DNA of 64,000 bases from Felis catus (taxonomy: Eukaryota): positions 15,626,001 through 15,690,000 of the forward strand of contig NC_058368.1 of the NCBI RefSeq assembly GCF_018350175.1, written 5' to 3'. The notes below the pieces were generated by a model. The model did not search any database. It worked only from the letters and a program-made list of their open reading frames with translations, and had not been told where the DNA came from. The stretch's first letter is position 1, and the number at the start of each line of letters is the position of its first letter. Below, piece by piece: positions 40,709-55,010 of this stretch. The position numbers were made by a program, and so were the translations under genes.

Positions 40709-41456
40709 AAAACAATTTTTAAAGGGTAAATGTTTCAGAATAAACAACAATAATAGCAATAAAATAACATCAATCACAAAGTCTACCACTTATCCAGCAT
40801 AATACATCTATGTCTTCCTTAACAAGCAACACTTTTTCGTTCTACATGTAGAAAATAAACCCTAACAGGTAAATGAAAAGTCTTAAACTAAACCACAACA
40901 GTCGAGGGTGCAGAGAAACAAATTATTTTTCCCCCTTTAAAAGCCAATATGTGCATATACTGTTTTATGACATTATAGGGCACCCAATGGCATCATCATT
41001 CAAAAAATGAGCTGGATGATAAGCCATTAAACTTCCTTTTATGTGTTCCATGAATACGCAGGAGAAAGATAGCTTTCTCCATGAGTTGTCTGAAAGTGAG
41101 GGCCCGACAGAGTAAATGGTATATGGCTTCTTTTGCGATGACATTTCTTCATCACAATGATAACAAGGTTCAAATAAACACTCACTTTTCTTTTTTGAGT
41201 GGACTCATACCCCCTGAATACACAGAATTCAATTTCTTCGTAGGCCACAGATCAGAAGCACCAAAAGAAAAAAAAAAGGGGGGGGTCCGTCCTCCTTTAT
41301 TGAGACAAATGCCTTGATAATGTGTTTTTACCATCTGGACGAAAATTTTTGTAAAGAAAACCAATGGTATCATTCTGGTGTTATTCAGCTTGACTGGCTA
41401 GTTTACCTTAGATTTACACTGATCGTATTTTTAAACACTTTCACTCAAAACATAGC

Positions 41457-41822
41457 TGTCTTAGTCCATTTGGACTGTTATAACAGAAATACCATAAACT
41501 GGGTAGGTTATAAACAATAAAAATTTATTCCTCACAGTCCTAGAGGCTGGGAAGTCCAAGATCAGGGTGTAGCATGGTCAGATTCTGGGGAAAGTTATCT
41601 CCCAAGCTACATATTCTGATCATCTGGGTCCTCATAAGGTGGAAAGGTATAAGGGATTTCTCTGAGGCCTCCTTTAGAAGAGCACTAATCCCATTCATAA
41701 GGGTCTTTCTTCGTGACCAAATCATCTCCTAAAGCTCCCATCTCCTGATATCATCACCTTAGGCATTAGATTTTCAACATGTGAATTGGCGGGGAGGGGT
41801 ACATAAACATTCAACCCATAGT
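41457..41822 (-). mobile_element. MaLR (MLT1A-like) solo LTR
   Basis: tgtcttagtccatttggactgttataacagaaataccataaactgggtagg...ggctgggaagtccaagatc...cataaacattcaacccatag. Confidence 0.75.
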
Positions 41823-41944
41823 AATAGTTATTCCTAATTACTAAATTCTATTTCTAGATCACAACTGCTGCTTACAAATATGACATAGTGAGATTACAGA
41901 CAGTGGTTCAATTTTATGCCATCTTTTAAATACCACACTGTCTT

Positions 41945-42155
41945 ATTTTTTTATTTTTATTTTTTTTAAGAGACAGACAGCGACAGAATGTGAGCAGAGG
42001 ATGGGCAGAGAGAGAGGGAGACACAGGATTTGAAGCAGGCTCCAGGTTCTGAGCTGTCAGCACAGAGCCCCACACAGGGCTTGAACTCAAGAACCGTGAG
42101 ATCATGACCTGAACCAAAGTCTGACGCTTAACCGACTGAGCCACTGATGCACCCC
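41945..42155 (-). mobile_element. SINEC
   Basis: TSD aaataccacactgtctt at 41928-41944 and 42156-42172. Confidence 0.92.
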
Positions 42156-43104
42156 AAATACCACACTGTCTTCACAACTAAGTCTTAACAACTAAGCATT
42201 ACAAGGGGGCAAAAGTGGCAGGAGTTACTGTGTATACGGGTTATGTACAAAGCAGAGCTGAGAAAAGCTTTTGTATCTTTTTCAAGAGTCATGTGGTTTT
42301 GATATATGGGTACCTTCAGTCAAGAAGAAATTGTACTCCTGAGATAAGCTCCAGTCGCATGGAGTAAAATCACCACACGCTGCAAAAACACTTTTCGCAT
42401 GGCTTCTACTAAACTCCAGCCATGCAAAGTGAGGTTTGAGTACTAATGACACTCGTACTAACTGCTGGGTACCAGTCGATGAAGGTGCAGTATTGAAACT
42501 GAGAGTTAAGGTTTAAAATTTGAACAGCAATTTGACAGAGCAATTTTATATCTGTTGAAATGAAGAGTAAAACAAAAACAAAAACAAAACTGAGCTCGCA
42601 TTTGGTAAGTCTTCTTAAATGTTCATTTGCCTGGCAATTCATTTGTATTACAGAAGTATTGATATTTGAAGGGTTGGAAATTTAAAAATTAAAAACTGGT
42701 CCTTCACTACAGGTAGTTTGAAAAGGATTTAAATAGATGATTTAAGTGGTTGTGTGAGTAAAAAGAAAATCATAGTGTAGCCCTCAATGTTCCTAAAATG
42801 AGGGAGTCAAGAAAATGAGATTTCAAATGAAAAACTTAAGCTTTATGATAATTAGGAACCCAATAAACTTGCTTAACATTAGCATCCTCACTGTTCTCAA
42901 AATATTTACTTTCAACATGACCAGAAAGCTAGATGTAAAATCTGCTTTTTCTAATAAAAAACATCAAAGTTAGGAATAAAAAATCCTGTGTAGCTTAAAT
43001 ATTACCTTAAAATTAATATTATATCTACCCATCTTTCATTTTGGGAAGTCAAACCTAAAATATAATAATATGAAATCTACCTGTTAAATGTTACATTTAA
43101 CATT

Positions 43105-43327
43105 TCTTTTTTTTTTTTATGTTTATTTTTCAAAGACTGAGAGAAACAGAGCATGATCAGGGGAGGGGCACAGAGAGAGGGAGACACAGAATCCAAAGCA
43201 GGCTCCAGGCTCCAAGCTGTCAGCAGAAAGCCCTATACGGGGCTTGAACTCAAGCACCATGAGATTATGACCTGAGCTGAAGTCCGATGCTTAACTGACC
43301 AAGCCTACGAAGCCACCCAAGCGCCCC
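43105..43327 (-). mobile_element. SINEC
   Basis: Reverse head agccacccaagcgcccc; T-tail at 43105. Confidence 0.88.
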
Positions 43328-43945
43328 TTGCATTAATATTTCTAAAAGAACCTTACATAAACTAAAACACCAAATAAGGCTTTAAACTTAGGTTTTCTAG
43401 TATTCAAAAGGAAAACCAGAGACAATGAGCCAGATAACTTCTTGCAATGTACATTTTACAACTCCATTACTCAGGAAGAGAGAAATGATTTCTTAATGAA
43501 CATTTTTTTCATCAGGTATACTTTGAGTGCTTACTGTAACTCATATCTTTGAAACAAACAAGCAAAAAAGAATCAAGTCATTGTCATAAACTTGGACCTG
43601 AATGATTTTTTTTTTTTTTTTTTTTTTTTGGTGTACAGAAAGAGCCCAGAGAGAGAGGAAGGAAAGAAGGGAAGAAAGCTAAGACCTATATGATCTAGTG
43701 AAAACATGTCAGATTCTCCAGGGCTTTCTCAACAGTCTTCTACAGAGACTCACTCAATCCCAGGATGAGGAAACTGTGAGAAGCATCCATACGCAGGCAG
43801 TGACTTCCCTGACTATAGTTATACAACACGATGGCAAGATTTTGGAGCCTGAAAGGTGGCCTAACTCAAACCACTGTAGGCTGGGCACTTCCTAGTACCG
43901 CTGTAAGGTTAATGCCAGGCCTACTTAGACACAACCACCTCTCTC

Positions 43946-44175
43946 TCTCTTTTTTCTTTTTTTTTTTTGTTTATGTATTTTTGAAAGAGAGAGACAGACA
44001 GAGAGAGTACCAACAGGGGACGAGAGGCAGAGAAAAGGGGACAGAGGATGTGAAGTGGGCTCCAGGCTCCATGTTGACAGCAGAGAGCCCAACTTGGGGC
44101 TTGAACTCACGAACCGTGAGATCACAACCTGAGCTTAAGTTGGACACTCAACCGACTGAGCCACCCAGGTGCCCC
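43946..44175 (-). mobile_element. SINEC
   Basis: Reverse head gagccacccaggtgcccc; flanking tagacaca repeat. Confidence 0.88.
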
Positions 44176-44669
44176 TAGACACACCCATCTTTTAATGGAC
44201 ATGGGCCACTTGGCAGAGCTCATGTGCCAGCCCTCTGGTCTCCCGGAATGAGACAGGTGGCCAGTCAGGGAGAGGAAGCTCCTATGAAAACTGCAGCCCT
44301 ATAGCCAAAGGAACACTCTATCCAAAGAGAAGTGTAGTCAAACTGCTACAGCCAGTGTGAAGGACAAGGGCAAACATCAGACTTCATAAAGGGGGTGAAA
44401 TATATGTACCCCCCCCACACACACACATATGGGTACATGAAGAGTTTTAGAACAGTATTGAAGCCATATTTAAGAACAACTGCGAATCTTTCCCAGCCCC
44501 TGTTGCTTTCAGTCCTAAAAGGATTTCTAGCAATTCTTCCACTGGCTGTTTTCAGACCCAGATATGAGATACTTCCATGCACCTGAGCTTGGGGAAAGTG
44601 GCAGCAAAAACCTCCTTTAGTTTAGTTCGGTTTCATTGAGGGAGAGAGGATAGAAAGGAGGATGTTCCC

Positions 44670-44878
44670 TTTTTTTTTTTTAAGTTTATTTATTTTGAGA
44701 GAGAGAGAGAGTGAGTGAACAGAGGTGAAGCAGAGAAAGAGAGAGAAAGATTCCCTAGCAGGCTCCACGCTGCCAATGCACAGCCTGACTTGGGGCTCGA
44801 TCTTACGAACCGTGAAATTGTGACCTGAGCCAAAATCAAGAGTCAGACACTTAACTGACTGAGACACCAGGGTGCCCC
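44670..44878 (-). mobile_element. SINEC
   Basis: TSD aggatgttc; reverse head ccagggtgcccc. Confidence 0.88.
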
Positions 44879-45157
44879 AGGATGTTCATGTTCATAGCAA
44901 GGCCATATTAAGACCTTCAAAGACCTCCAAGAACTGGAAAAACATGATGACAACTGGAAAATACATCAAAACAAAAATTCATTTTTCAAAATCTCACAAA
45001 ACTTCTATGTATACTGGAAGCACCTTCTTTCTAGATTTTTCTGACTGCAAAAGTTTGGATTACTTCCTTGGATTTGAACCTCCCCTCTTCCTTTTCCTTT
45101 GGTGAGGCGGGGTGGGGGGCGGGGCTTGTCTTGCTGATGCCCCATCACTCCTCTTCA

Positions 45158-45879
<722 letters not shown>

Positions 45880-46455
45880 CTGAAAAACAAGAAAAAAACA
45901 CTCCAATCAGCTTAATCAGGATAATTTTCAGAAAAAAATTAAAGGTTGGATATAAGGAAGAAAATACACTTCAAATGTTTTGGACTTGAAAACTCTTAGT
46001 CATCTTTGGCTCTTCCTTCTCCATTATCCCCTGACCCAAGTCTTGGTGATTCTGCCTTCAAAATGTCTTCTAGAATTTGAAACTTCCTCTCCATTTCCAC
46101 CAGTATCTGAGGCCTAGCCCACCTCACCATGACTAGACTACTGCAACAGATTCTGAAGTGGCTCCTCTCTTCCAATTCGAATAATCCGTTAAATCCCAAA
46201 TATAAGTTTTAATGAGTCATTTTCCTATTTCAGAAATTACAGTGGCTCCTTAGTTTCCCAAGCATAAACTCCTCTGCCTAGATTTGAGAGCCTCTGTAAT
46301 CTTTCCTCAACGTGCTCACACTTCTCCCTTTCTCAATTACAGTTTATGCAAGTAACCCATCTTCACTGATGAAAGAATATGTACACGGAATAAAAAAAAT
46401 AGGACACTAATAACCTCACCATTTGTATATGTTCTTCCAAACGACTCTACAGGGA

Positions 46456-47163
46456 CAGTGGTTCCCAAAGTGTGACCCAAGGACTCCTGCGAGTCCCAGA
46501 GTTCCTTTCAGAGAGCTGCAAGGCTTTCTCTTTTCCAACTACATATCTGTGTGTGCTAGACTTTTCTTCATGTATTTCAACTTTAAAAATATATCACAAC
46601 AGATTATATGCAGAAACAGGTAAGAGGATTCCAAGTGTCATCTATTAACCAGGCATTAAAGGGATTTGCAGAGATATAAAACAATAACACTCTTTCCAAT
46701 AATTCTTTTTAAATATAGTTTTTTAAATAAAAATGTTTATGTTAATATATAATGGGTTTATCATTCTCTTTTATTTATTTATTTTTTCAACGTTTATTTA
46801 TTTTTGGGACAGAGAGAGATAGAGCATGAACGGGGGAGGGGCAGAGAGAGAGAGAGGGAGACACAGAATCGGAAACAGGCTCCAGGCTCCGAGCCATCAG
46901 CCCAGAGCCCGACGCGGGGCTCGAACTCACAGACCGCGAGATCGTGACCTGGCTGAAGTCGGACGCTTAACCGACTGCGCCACCCAGGCGCCCCTATCAT
47001 TCTCTTTTAATGAATAATTAAGTATTTTTAAGTTTCTCACTCTTAATTTCAAAATGGTAAATATTTGATAGATATAAGACACATACACAAAGAACCTTTG
47101 GAGTTCTCAATAATTCTTAAGAGTAGAAAGAAGTCATAAGACCAAAAAGTTTGGGAACTGCTT
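46456..47163 (+). mobile_element. hAT-Charlie deletion derivative with a young SINE inserted
   Basis: Imperfect TIRs cagtggttcccaaagt / aagtttgggaactgct; internal remnant (tatctgtgtg...caacagattatatgcagaa...ctattaaccaggcattaaagggatttgca) resembles a Charlie transposase C-terminus. Confidence 0.6.
46774..46994 (-). mobile_element. Young SINEC_Fc-type SINE
   Basis: CpG-rich body; TSD tatcattctctttta on both sides. Confidence 0.95.
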
Positions 47164-50084
47164 TTTTAGAAGTTACATATAGTCACGGTACATAAATGTG
47201 GACAGAAAAAGGTGCTGCTGTCACATTTGTTATTCTGCCTGAAAATCAGCTGAATTCTTCTTTGCCCTGGCACCCAGAGGAGACATTCTTTCCCAGTTAT
47301 TCAACATTCCCATTTAAATCTCCTGAGGTTGAACTGTACTTCCTCCTCCGTGAAATAGTTGGCTTAAACAAAACCCTCTCCCTCCTCCAGATTTTAGAAA
47401 CCAGCTACCTGATTAACGTTTAAAGTGTCTGTTGGTAACATTTTGGAGCAAGCAAACTCTCAGTATTCAAGAATCAATCTAGCTCAACATCGCCAACAAT
47501 TGCTTGTTTAGTATGAATTAAATATCATTTTCTCCTCACTTCCCTGGAGGGAAAGCTGCACCTTTCTGAACACAATGATATAAACTTCTCCCAACGAAGG
47601 TGCTACATAAACCCCTGCTATTGTAATTATCAGGGGCCCCATGTGAGGAGGATGTCAGCCTGGTTACTCAAAAATTGATGAATTTAGTAAATTAAAGCAA
47701 CACCTGCATCACTTTATTCCGTATATAGACTTTATTTAGCAGTGTATAGAGGTAAATGATGATGGAAAGGAGACTTGAGGGCTTGATAGCTGGGTTTTTT
47801 CACTTGGAAGTTTGACTTACACCCGGTTTTATTTAGAAAGGTTGATTTTGTGGCTTAACGGTCATGAAATATAGTTAAGTCACTATGTTCTAGTTCTGTT
47901 TACTTAATCAAGACAGGCTGCCTTAAAGCAATGGTTGAAGAAGATTAGGAGCTTTAAAGAGAAGTAACATGATGCAGAATAATCTGAACCCCCAACAGGC
48001 TTTGAATTCTGCTTAGTTTTACATGGGATTTCTATTAGTAAATTGTGAAATAAATATTTAAGTTTAGGTCAGTGACCGATAAAAGCTTTCTATAAAATGT
48101 TCCACAGAGTTAAACTAAATATACCCTTTAAAAAACGTTTGTTCCAGCAGACAAGTAACAGTTCTCTAAACCAGGGCTCATTGTTGTTTTAAACTATGTG
48201 TTCCTATCTACGAATGGCACCTGAAATCAACTTATTAGAACAAAACAGCTTTTGTAAAAACAACAAAATAGACTATAGTGCTGTGCAGCTAATGAAGGAA
48301 GAGTATTTTTTCACTAAAACTTTCATTCAGAGGTGTATGTTCTGTGTGACAGATGGACATGAGGTCACAATGGAATTTTCAATGCACAATGTAATGTCAT
48401 TTGGTATTGCGGGTTACAATCAAAAAAGATTGAAAAGCACTACCTTTAAGCCATAGAGTTCCTCAAGCCATGTCTGTTTGAGGTTCACCTTGATAAGTGA
48501 CTTGCCAGGGCCACTATCCCTCCTCATCCCTTGGGGAAACACCGACTGGTCAGAAACCTAAGGTCCAAGGAACCCTGCCTCTACAGTCTGATCTCACTGC
48601 CACATTCTGAATCTATATAATGGTCTCACAGTGGCTCTTTATAGCTCTAAGACCCAGCTCCCATCGCATTACACAGAGGCTCTTGCATTGAGGGAGGCCC
48701 CAAAAAGTCAAATTTAGAATCTCAGAGTATTTAGCACTAAATTTGTAATAGGAGCCTCCAGGCAGGGAAGGAAAGAGGATAGAAAATATCAAAAAGTTAA
48801 GGTTTAATAAAGCTGGCTGGTGGATACACAGATGTTCAAAATAATATTCTCTACACTTGTTCTTTGTTTTGATACATTTTTTAATAGAACAAGTAAGTTT
48901 AAAAAGTGAATCAGACTTGGAATCTCACTAACATTAAGGCCTCAGTTCCTATTTGTCCAGGGGAACCATTGAAGGTTCATTAAGGCCATTCCATTCTCAC
49001 TCATATAAAGTCTTTGCCACCAAAGGAACAAAGGGCCCCTTGTTTATCTCCAGCTGGTCATCACTCTGACATCAATAGTGCACCCCCCCTTCCCCCCATG
49101 CAAGCTTGTTTAGTAGTGTCAACCTGGCTCAGAACAGCTTTCCACTGTCAGATAATTTAAATGCCCTTAGACTATCTGCTCAAACTGAGCACAACCTCCT
49201 CAAGTAGCACTGCCCAGGCCCACCATCATCATTAAAACAGAGCACTCCCAGGGAGGTTATTAAAACACTGTTTCACAAATAGGAGGGGGGTTGTTAATAT
49301 TGCTATAGTTAGTTACTCTATTCCTATAAAATGCAAAGAAGGATAAAGCCATCTTTATAGTCTATAAAGATGAATGTATGTGAAGTATTTATAAACAAAA
49401 ACCTGACCAGACAATTTCCACAAAATCTAACAAGAGCTATGGAAGAGAGATGCCAGGCGGTACAGGGGGAGGAGTCTCTGGCCCAACTTTGGGGGTTCTG
49501 GAAGGATTTTGGAGATGATTGGTGAGCTGCCCTTAGAAGGATGTAGGTCACAGTTAAAAAAAACAAACTAACTTGGCAGATTAGGATGATTTTCTAGTAA
49601 TTCTTTTTGTGGTTAAATTCTCACTTTCCTAAGACAACTGTCTATCCCTTGTCACAAACCAACCATGTGAGCTTTGGCAAGTCATGTGGTCTCTCTGGCC
49701 CCCCTCATTTCCTCGTCTGCAGATCAAGGGGGGCTCACCCTCAAAGTAGGCTCTGCCTGGGCAATAGTTCCATGACTCCATGGCTGTCGGCTGTAACCTG
49801 CCACATGGGACTGTATGACTCCTTCAGCTGCTGCCGACACGACATTACTACCCTAGTCTACTCCTGGGGTAGCACAGCCTCAGAACGAAGCCTTCACTCA
49901 TGAAGCTATATTGCATAGAGCAGAGCAAAACAACAATTTTTTCCACTGTTGTCAAATTGACCCTCTTTATAGCAAATGTCATGTACCAACACAGCATGAT
50001 TTCCACTCTTCTCTCCATACTTTTGTTTCTTTCTAGCATTGTCTTTATTACCATGAAGGAACCAGAGTGAAAACATATGCTTGG

Positions 50085-50742
50085 GGGGCGCCTGGGTGGC
50101 TCAGTTGGTTAAGCGGCCGACTTCGGCTGAGGTCATGATCTCACAGTCTGTGAGTTCGAGCCCCACGTCGGGCTCTGTGCTGACAGCTCAGAGCCTGGAG
50201 CCCGTTTCAGATTCTGTGTCTCCCTCTCTCTGACCCTCTCCCCTGTTCATGCTCTGTCTCTCCCTCTCTCAAAAATAAATACAACGTTAAAAAAAATTAA
50301 AAAAAAAAAAAGAAAACATATGCTTGGTATTACTGTGTTTGACATTACATGCAGTGCCTTCAGTCAAAGCCTTCATCACCCCAGACCTCCACAAATGTTA
50401 TCTGCTGGCCATTACAGCTTGCCTTCTGTAGGCAGAAGGACAAAAGCACAGCTCATCCCTCCTCTGGCTCACTCGTGGTCCACTTCACATACAGCGCAAA
50501 ACAGTATTTCCTTTTTTTTTTTAATTAAAAAAAAGAATTTTTTTAATGTTTATTTATTTTTGAGAGACAGATAGAGTATGAGTGGGGAGGGGCAGAGAGA
50601 GAGGGAGACACAGAGTCCAAAGCAGGTTCCAGGCTCCGAGCTGTCAGCACAGAGCCCGACGTGCGGCTTGAACTCACGGACCGCAAGATCATGACCGGAG
50701 CCAAAGTCAGACACTCAACTGACTGAGCCACCCAGGTGCCCC
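50085..50742. mobile_element. Two SINEC copies tail-to-tail (50085-50311 +; 50513-50742 -)
   Basis: First has TSD gaaaacatatgcttgg; second is flanked by caaaacagta. Confidence 0.92.
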
Positions 50743-50977
50743 ACAAAACAGTACTTTCTTTTTTGGGCATCTGAATTTTACAATAAACCTCAACTGAGTA
50801 AGCAAAAAAACCCCTCATTTTCAAGTTTTTAAAATAAACAGGACCACTTAAAAGAAGAGCAGAGCTGACCACAAGCATATACACTATGATTTAACTACCT
50901 AATTCCACCCTAAATTCCAATTTGTCAGGCTGTACAAAAGTTTGGGAGATAGGAACGTTTCATTTAAAAAAAAACAT

Positions 50978-51188
50978 TTTTTTTTCAACGTTTATTTATT
51001 TTTGGGACAGAGAGAGACAGAGCATGAACGGGGGAGGGGCAGAGAGAGAGGAAGACACAGAATCGGAAACAGGCTCCAGGCTCTGAGCCATCAGCCCAGA
51101 GCCCGACGCGGGGCTCGAACTCACAGACCGCGAGATCGTGACCTGGCTGAAGTCGGACGCTTAACCGACTGCGCCACCCAGGTGCCCC
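50978..51188 (-). mobile_element. Young SINEC_Fc-type SINE
   Basis: TSD ggaacgtttcattt; nearly identical to the 46774-46994 copy. Confidence 0.95.
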
Positions 51189-51792
51189 GGAACGTTTCAT
51201 TTTTAAGTTGTTGGTTTAAATCAAACTCCTGTTAGCAGTTACTCAAGATTATTTTTCCTTACTGTCCTCCTTGGAAGATTCAATTGGTGATTTTAATCGT
51301 GACGAGAACAAAATTTAAAAAAATACCATTTATGATGAATATGTTGGCTATCTGCTCTGGAGCATGCCAAAGCATTGACACACAGAACTTCTGAGCAACC
51401 CTCCAGGGGCACTGGTTCCTTGTCAGTGTGTCCAAGAAAAGTCAACATCACCAACCACGCTGTATGCCAGCCAGCCTAGGGGATCAGATAGCATTTGCCC
51501 ATTCTGCAAGGGCCCACTCCAGAAACACTCACCACGTTGAGACATAATTGTTTCATTATTTTTGTTTTTTAATTTTTCAATCTTATCAATTTTGACCCTC
51601 TAATCCATAGTATCCCTATTTTTATAGCACTTTTGTATACCAGTAATTAATATGGCAATAACAAGTGTCTTAAAGTTAAAAACAGATCCAAAAAAATGTC
51701 TACCTAGAAAATAGTTGGCTATTATTACCCCTATTGGCACATATATATCATGTCTTATTACTGCATACACTTGGAGAGAAACCAAGCTTAAA

Positions 51793-51793
51793 A

Positions 51794-51836
<43 letters not shown>

Positions 51837-51845
51837 GTGCGCGCA
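51793..51845. repeat. (CA)n microsatellite with CG-alternating end
   Basis: acacacat(ac)~17gcgtgcgcgca. Confidence 0.95.
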
Positions 51846-53710
51846 ATGTGTATTTCACTTAAACTAGTCTGTCATCCCTATGTGTTTCAAATGAGTGGTA
51901 ATTACAAGTTTGCATTGTAAGGGATAAATAACTACCCCATACATGTACCAGTTTAGTGTCACTGGATAAACATGTCAGTTGTGTAAACATGGAAATGGTA
52001 TCATAATTTCATACTCTGGGAAAGACGCTTTTCTAGCTGTATTCAGAGCTTCCCTACAAATCTGTGAAAGGGCAGTTCCTGTTCATAGTTTGCCAGTGAG
52101 CATCTTGTTGCAGGGTAGAGTGTCTTCTGACCACAGTGACACAGGAAGATGACAGAGATGCATCTTTATAACAGAGGCTCTACTCAAGAGGGCCATGGTG
52201 GGATTTCAGGTCATCTATTAGACATCTGAACTGTCTGCTCATTTTGGGTGACTGCATATATGGATTTTTCTAGGAAGACAGTCCATAGGTATTTTTCTTA
52301 AAATTATTAAAAGAATCTCTGACCTCTGAACACTTACAAAAAAAAAAAAAAAAGCAATGAATTAGAAGAAACTGGAAAAGAAGGGAAAAGAAGTAAGAGA
52401 AGGGGTAGAACCTGAAGAGATAAAGAGAATTACTGATTATTCTAACTGACTAAAACAAAGGAGAGTCTTAAGAAAGACTAGGGTCAGAAGATTCTGGAAA
52501 GATGGTGGAGTATGAAGCACCAGAAATCTGTCTCTCCATCTAGACAGTGATTGCACTGGCAGGATCTGTATAATGTAACTAGGCTGGAACTCTAGAGTCA
52601 GTTGAATGCTTAGATGGTAAATGTGGCTAGTTTTGGCCAATTTCAGTTCTTAGCCCATTAGCAGCCACTTATCCCCTACCCCTTGGCAGGCAGCTGTGCA
52701 TGTGTCCCTGCAGCACCTTGCAATCACTTCGCCAGGATCCAGGGAAGACGAAAAGGACCCTGTCCTCCAAACATCAGGGATCTGTGCTCTGAGCACCAAT
52801 TGTTGTTTCTGATCACTGAGGTGCCAATGGGAGGGTAGCCACTGTAGTTGCACTCTCCCCAGTGTTTCAGGTCTTTCCTTCTCTGGCTAAAGTGACTTCA
52901 AGGGTGTTTCAATAGGGCCAGCACCCTTCCCCCATCCCTTTTATTTTTCTCTTTTTATTCTTGTGGGAGCTAGACATTAAAGACTAGGACACTCAAAAGC
53001 AACTGCATACGTGGGGAAAGTTAGAAAGTGACTATGCATATCTAGGGAAAGGAGCAGACTCAGAGAAGACTTGAGAAGACCTTGAGTTTACACCTCAGGC
53101 TGATCCTTGGCACAGAAACAGCCTACAACATTAAAACAAAACACAACAAAACAAAAACAGCCCAAAAGCAATAACAAAATCCAGCATTCTCCTGGCAAAG
53201 GGAGAGAATCTGATTTCCAGATTTGCCACATTATCAGATTGAGACGTTTGGGTTTCAACAATAAATCAGAGGCATACAGAGAAATGGACAAGTATGACCC
53301 ATTCACTTTAAAACAGAAATGAAAAATTCATTAGAGGGTTGCAAAGTGGGCCACTGATATTCAAAGCGCTCAAAGGTAAAAACTATTAACCAAGAATCCT
53401 ATATCAGGAAAACCTGTCCTTCAAGGGCGAGGGAGGAATTAAGACATTTCCAATATACAAAAAGCTAAGGGAGTTCATTACCACTAGATGTGTCCTGGAA
53501 GTAAACGAAATGATCAAAGGATTCTTGCAGTGTGAAACAAAGGACACTAGACACTAACTCGAAGCTGTATGAAGAAATAAAGATCTAAATAAAGGTAAAT
53601 ACATGGGCAATTATAAAAGCTAGAATTTCTATAATAAAGGTTTGCAATCCACTTTTTGTTTTCTACAGGATTTAAGAGATTAACGTATTTTTTAAAAAAT
53701 TATTAGTCTA

Positions 53711-53931
53711 GGGGCACCTGGGTGGCGCAGTCGGTTAAGCGTCCGACTTCAGCCAGGTCACGATCTCGCGGTCCGGGAGTTCGAGCCCCGCGTCAGGCTC
53801 TGGGCTGATGGCTCAGAGCCTGGAGCCTGTTTCTGATTCTGTGTCTCCCTCTCTCTCTGCCCCTCCCCCGTTCATGCTCTGTCTCTCTCTGTCCCAAAAA
53901 TAAATAAACGTTGGAAAAAAAAATTAAAAAA
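53711..53931 (+). mobile_element. Young SINEC_Fc-type SINE inside old L1
   Basis: ggggcacctgggtggcgcagtcggttaagcgtccgacttcagccagg; TSD aaaaaattattagtcta. Confidence 0.95.
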
Positions 53932-54812
53932 AAAAAATTATTAGTCTAAAAGCTAATACTATTGTAACCCTGGTTTGCAACTCTTTATGTTGTTTTCTAT
54001 ATAACTTAAGAGGCTGATGCATTTAGGAGACCCTGAGTGGCTTAGTCAGTAGAGCATGCGCGTCTTGATCTCGGGGTTATGAGTTTGAGCCCTATGTTGG
54101 GTGTGGAGATTACTTAAAAAACAAAATAAAATCTTTAAAAAAAGAGAGACTGATGAATTTAAAATAATTATTATAGTTTATGTTTTGAGGCATACAATGT
54201 ATAAAGATGCAATTCTGTGACATCAACAACTGAAAGGGATGGGGCTGGAGCAGTGAAAAAGCAGTTTTATACGTTATTGAAGTTAGCCTGGCATAAATTC
54301 AAATTGGAGTGTTATAACTTCAAGATGTTTAAAATAATTCCAATGACAACCAAAAATAAAACAGCTAAGGAATATACACAAAAGGAAATGAGACAGGAAT
54401 TTAAATGTTTTACTTGACATAAAAAACTTAACACAAAAGAAGTAGTGCAGGAAATGAGGGACCAAACAAAGCTATCAGGCATATAGAAAACAAATAGCAA
54501 AATGGCAGAAGTCTCTCATTATCATTACTTTAACTGTAAATGGAATAAACTCTCCAACCAAAAGATAGAGATTGGCAGAACAGAGAATAAACACGATCCA
54601 ACTATATTTTGTCTAAAAAAAGACTCAAATCACTTTGGATCCGAAGACACAAATAGAGTGAAAATGAAAAGATGATAAAAGCTATTTCATGGAAACAGCA
54701 ACCAAAAGAGAATGGGAATAACTGTACTAATATCAGACTAAGTAGACTTTAACCAAAAAAGTTTATAAAAGATAAACAAGAACTTTATATAATTAATAAA
54801 AAGCTCAATACA

Positions 54813-55010
54813 GGGGTGCCTGGGTGGTTTAGTCAATTAAGTGTGTGACTCTTGGTTTTGGCTCAGGTCATGATCTCATGGTTTGTAAATTCAAGCTCCA
54901 TGTCAGGCTGACGGCACAAAGCCTGCTTGGGATTCTGTCTCTCTCCCTCTCTTTCTGCTCACTCCTCTCTCTTTCAAAATAAATAAATAAACCTAAATTA
55001 AAAAAAAAAA
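54813..55010 (+). mobile_element. SINEC inside old L1
   Basis: ggggtgcctgggtggtttag head; A-tail. Confidence 0.88.

Noticed and set aside
43082..43102. Short perfect palindromes (also 60145-60163 and an imperfect one at 5886-5907)
   Set aside because: Arms of 8-10 bp in AT-rich DNA are expected by chance in 64 kb.
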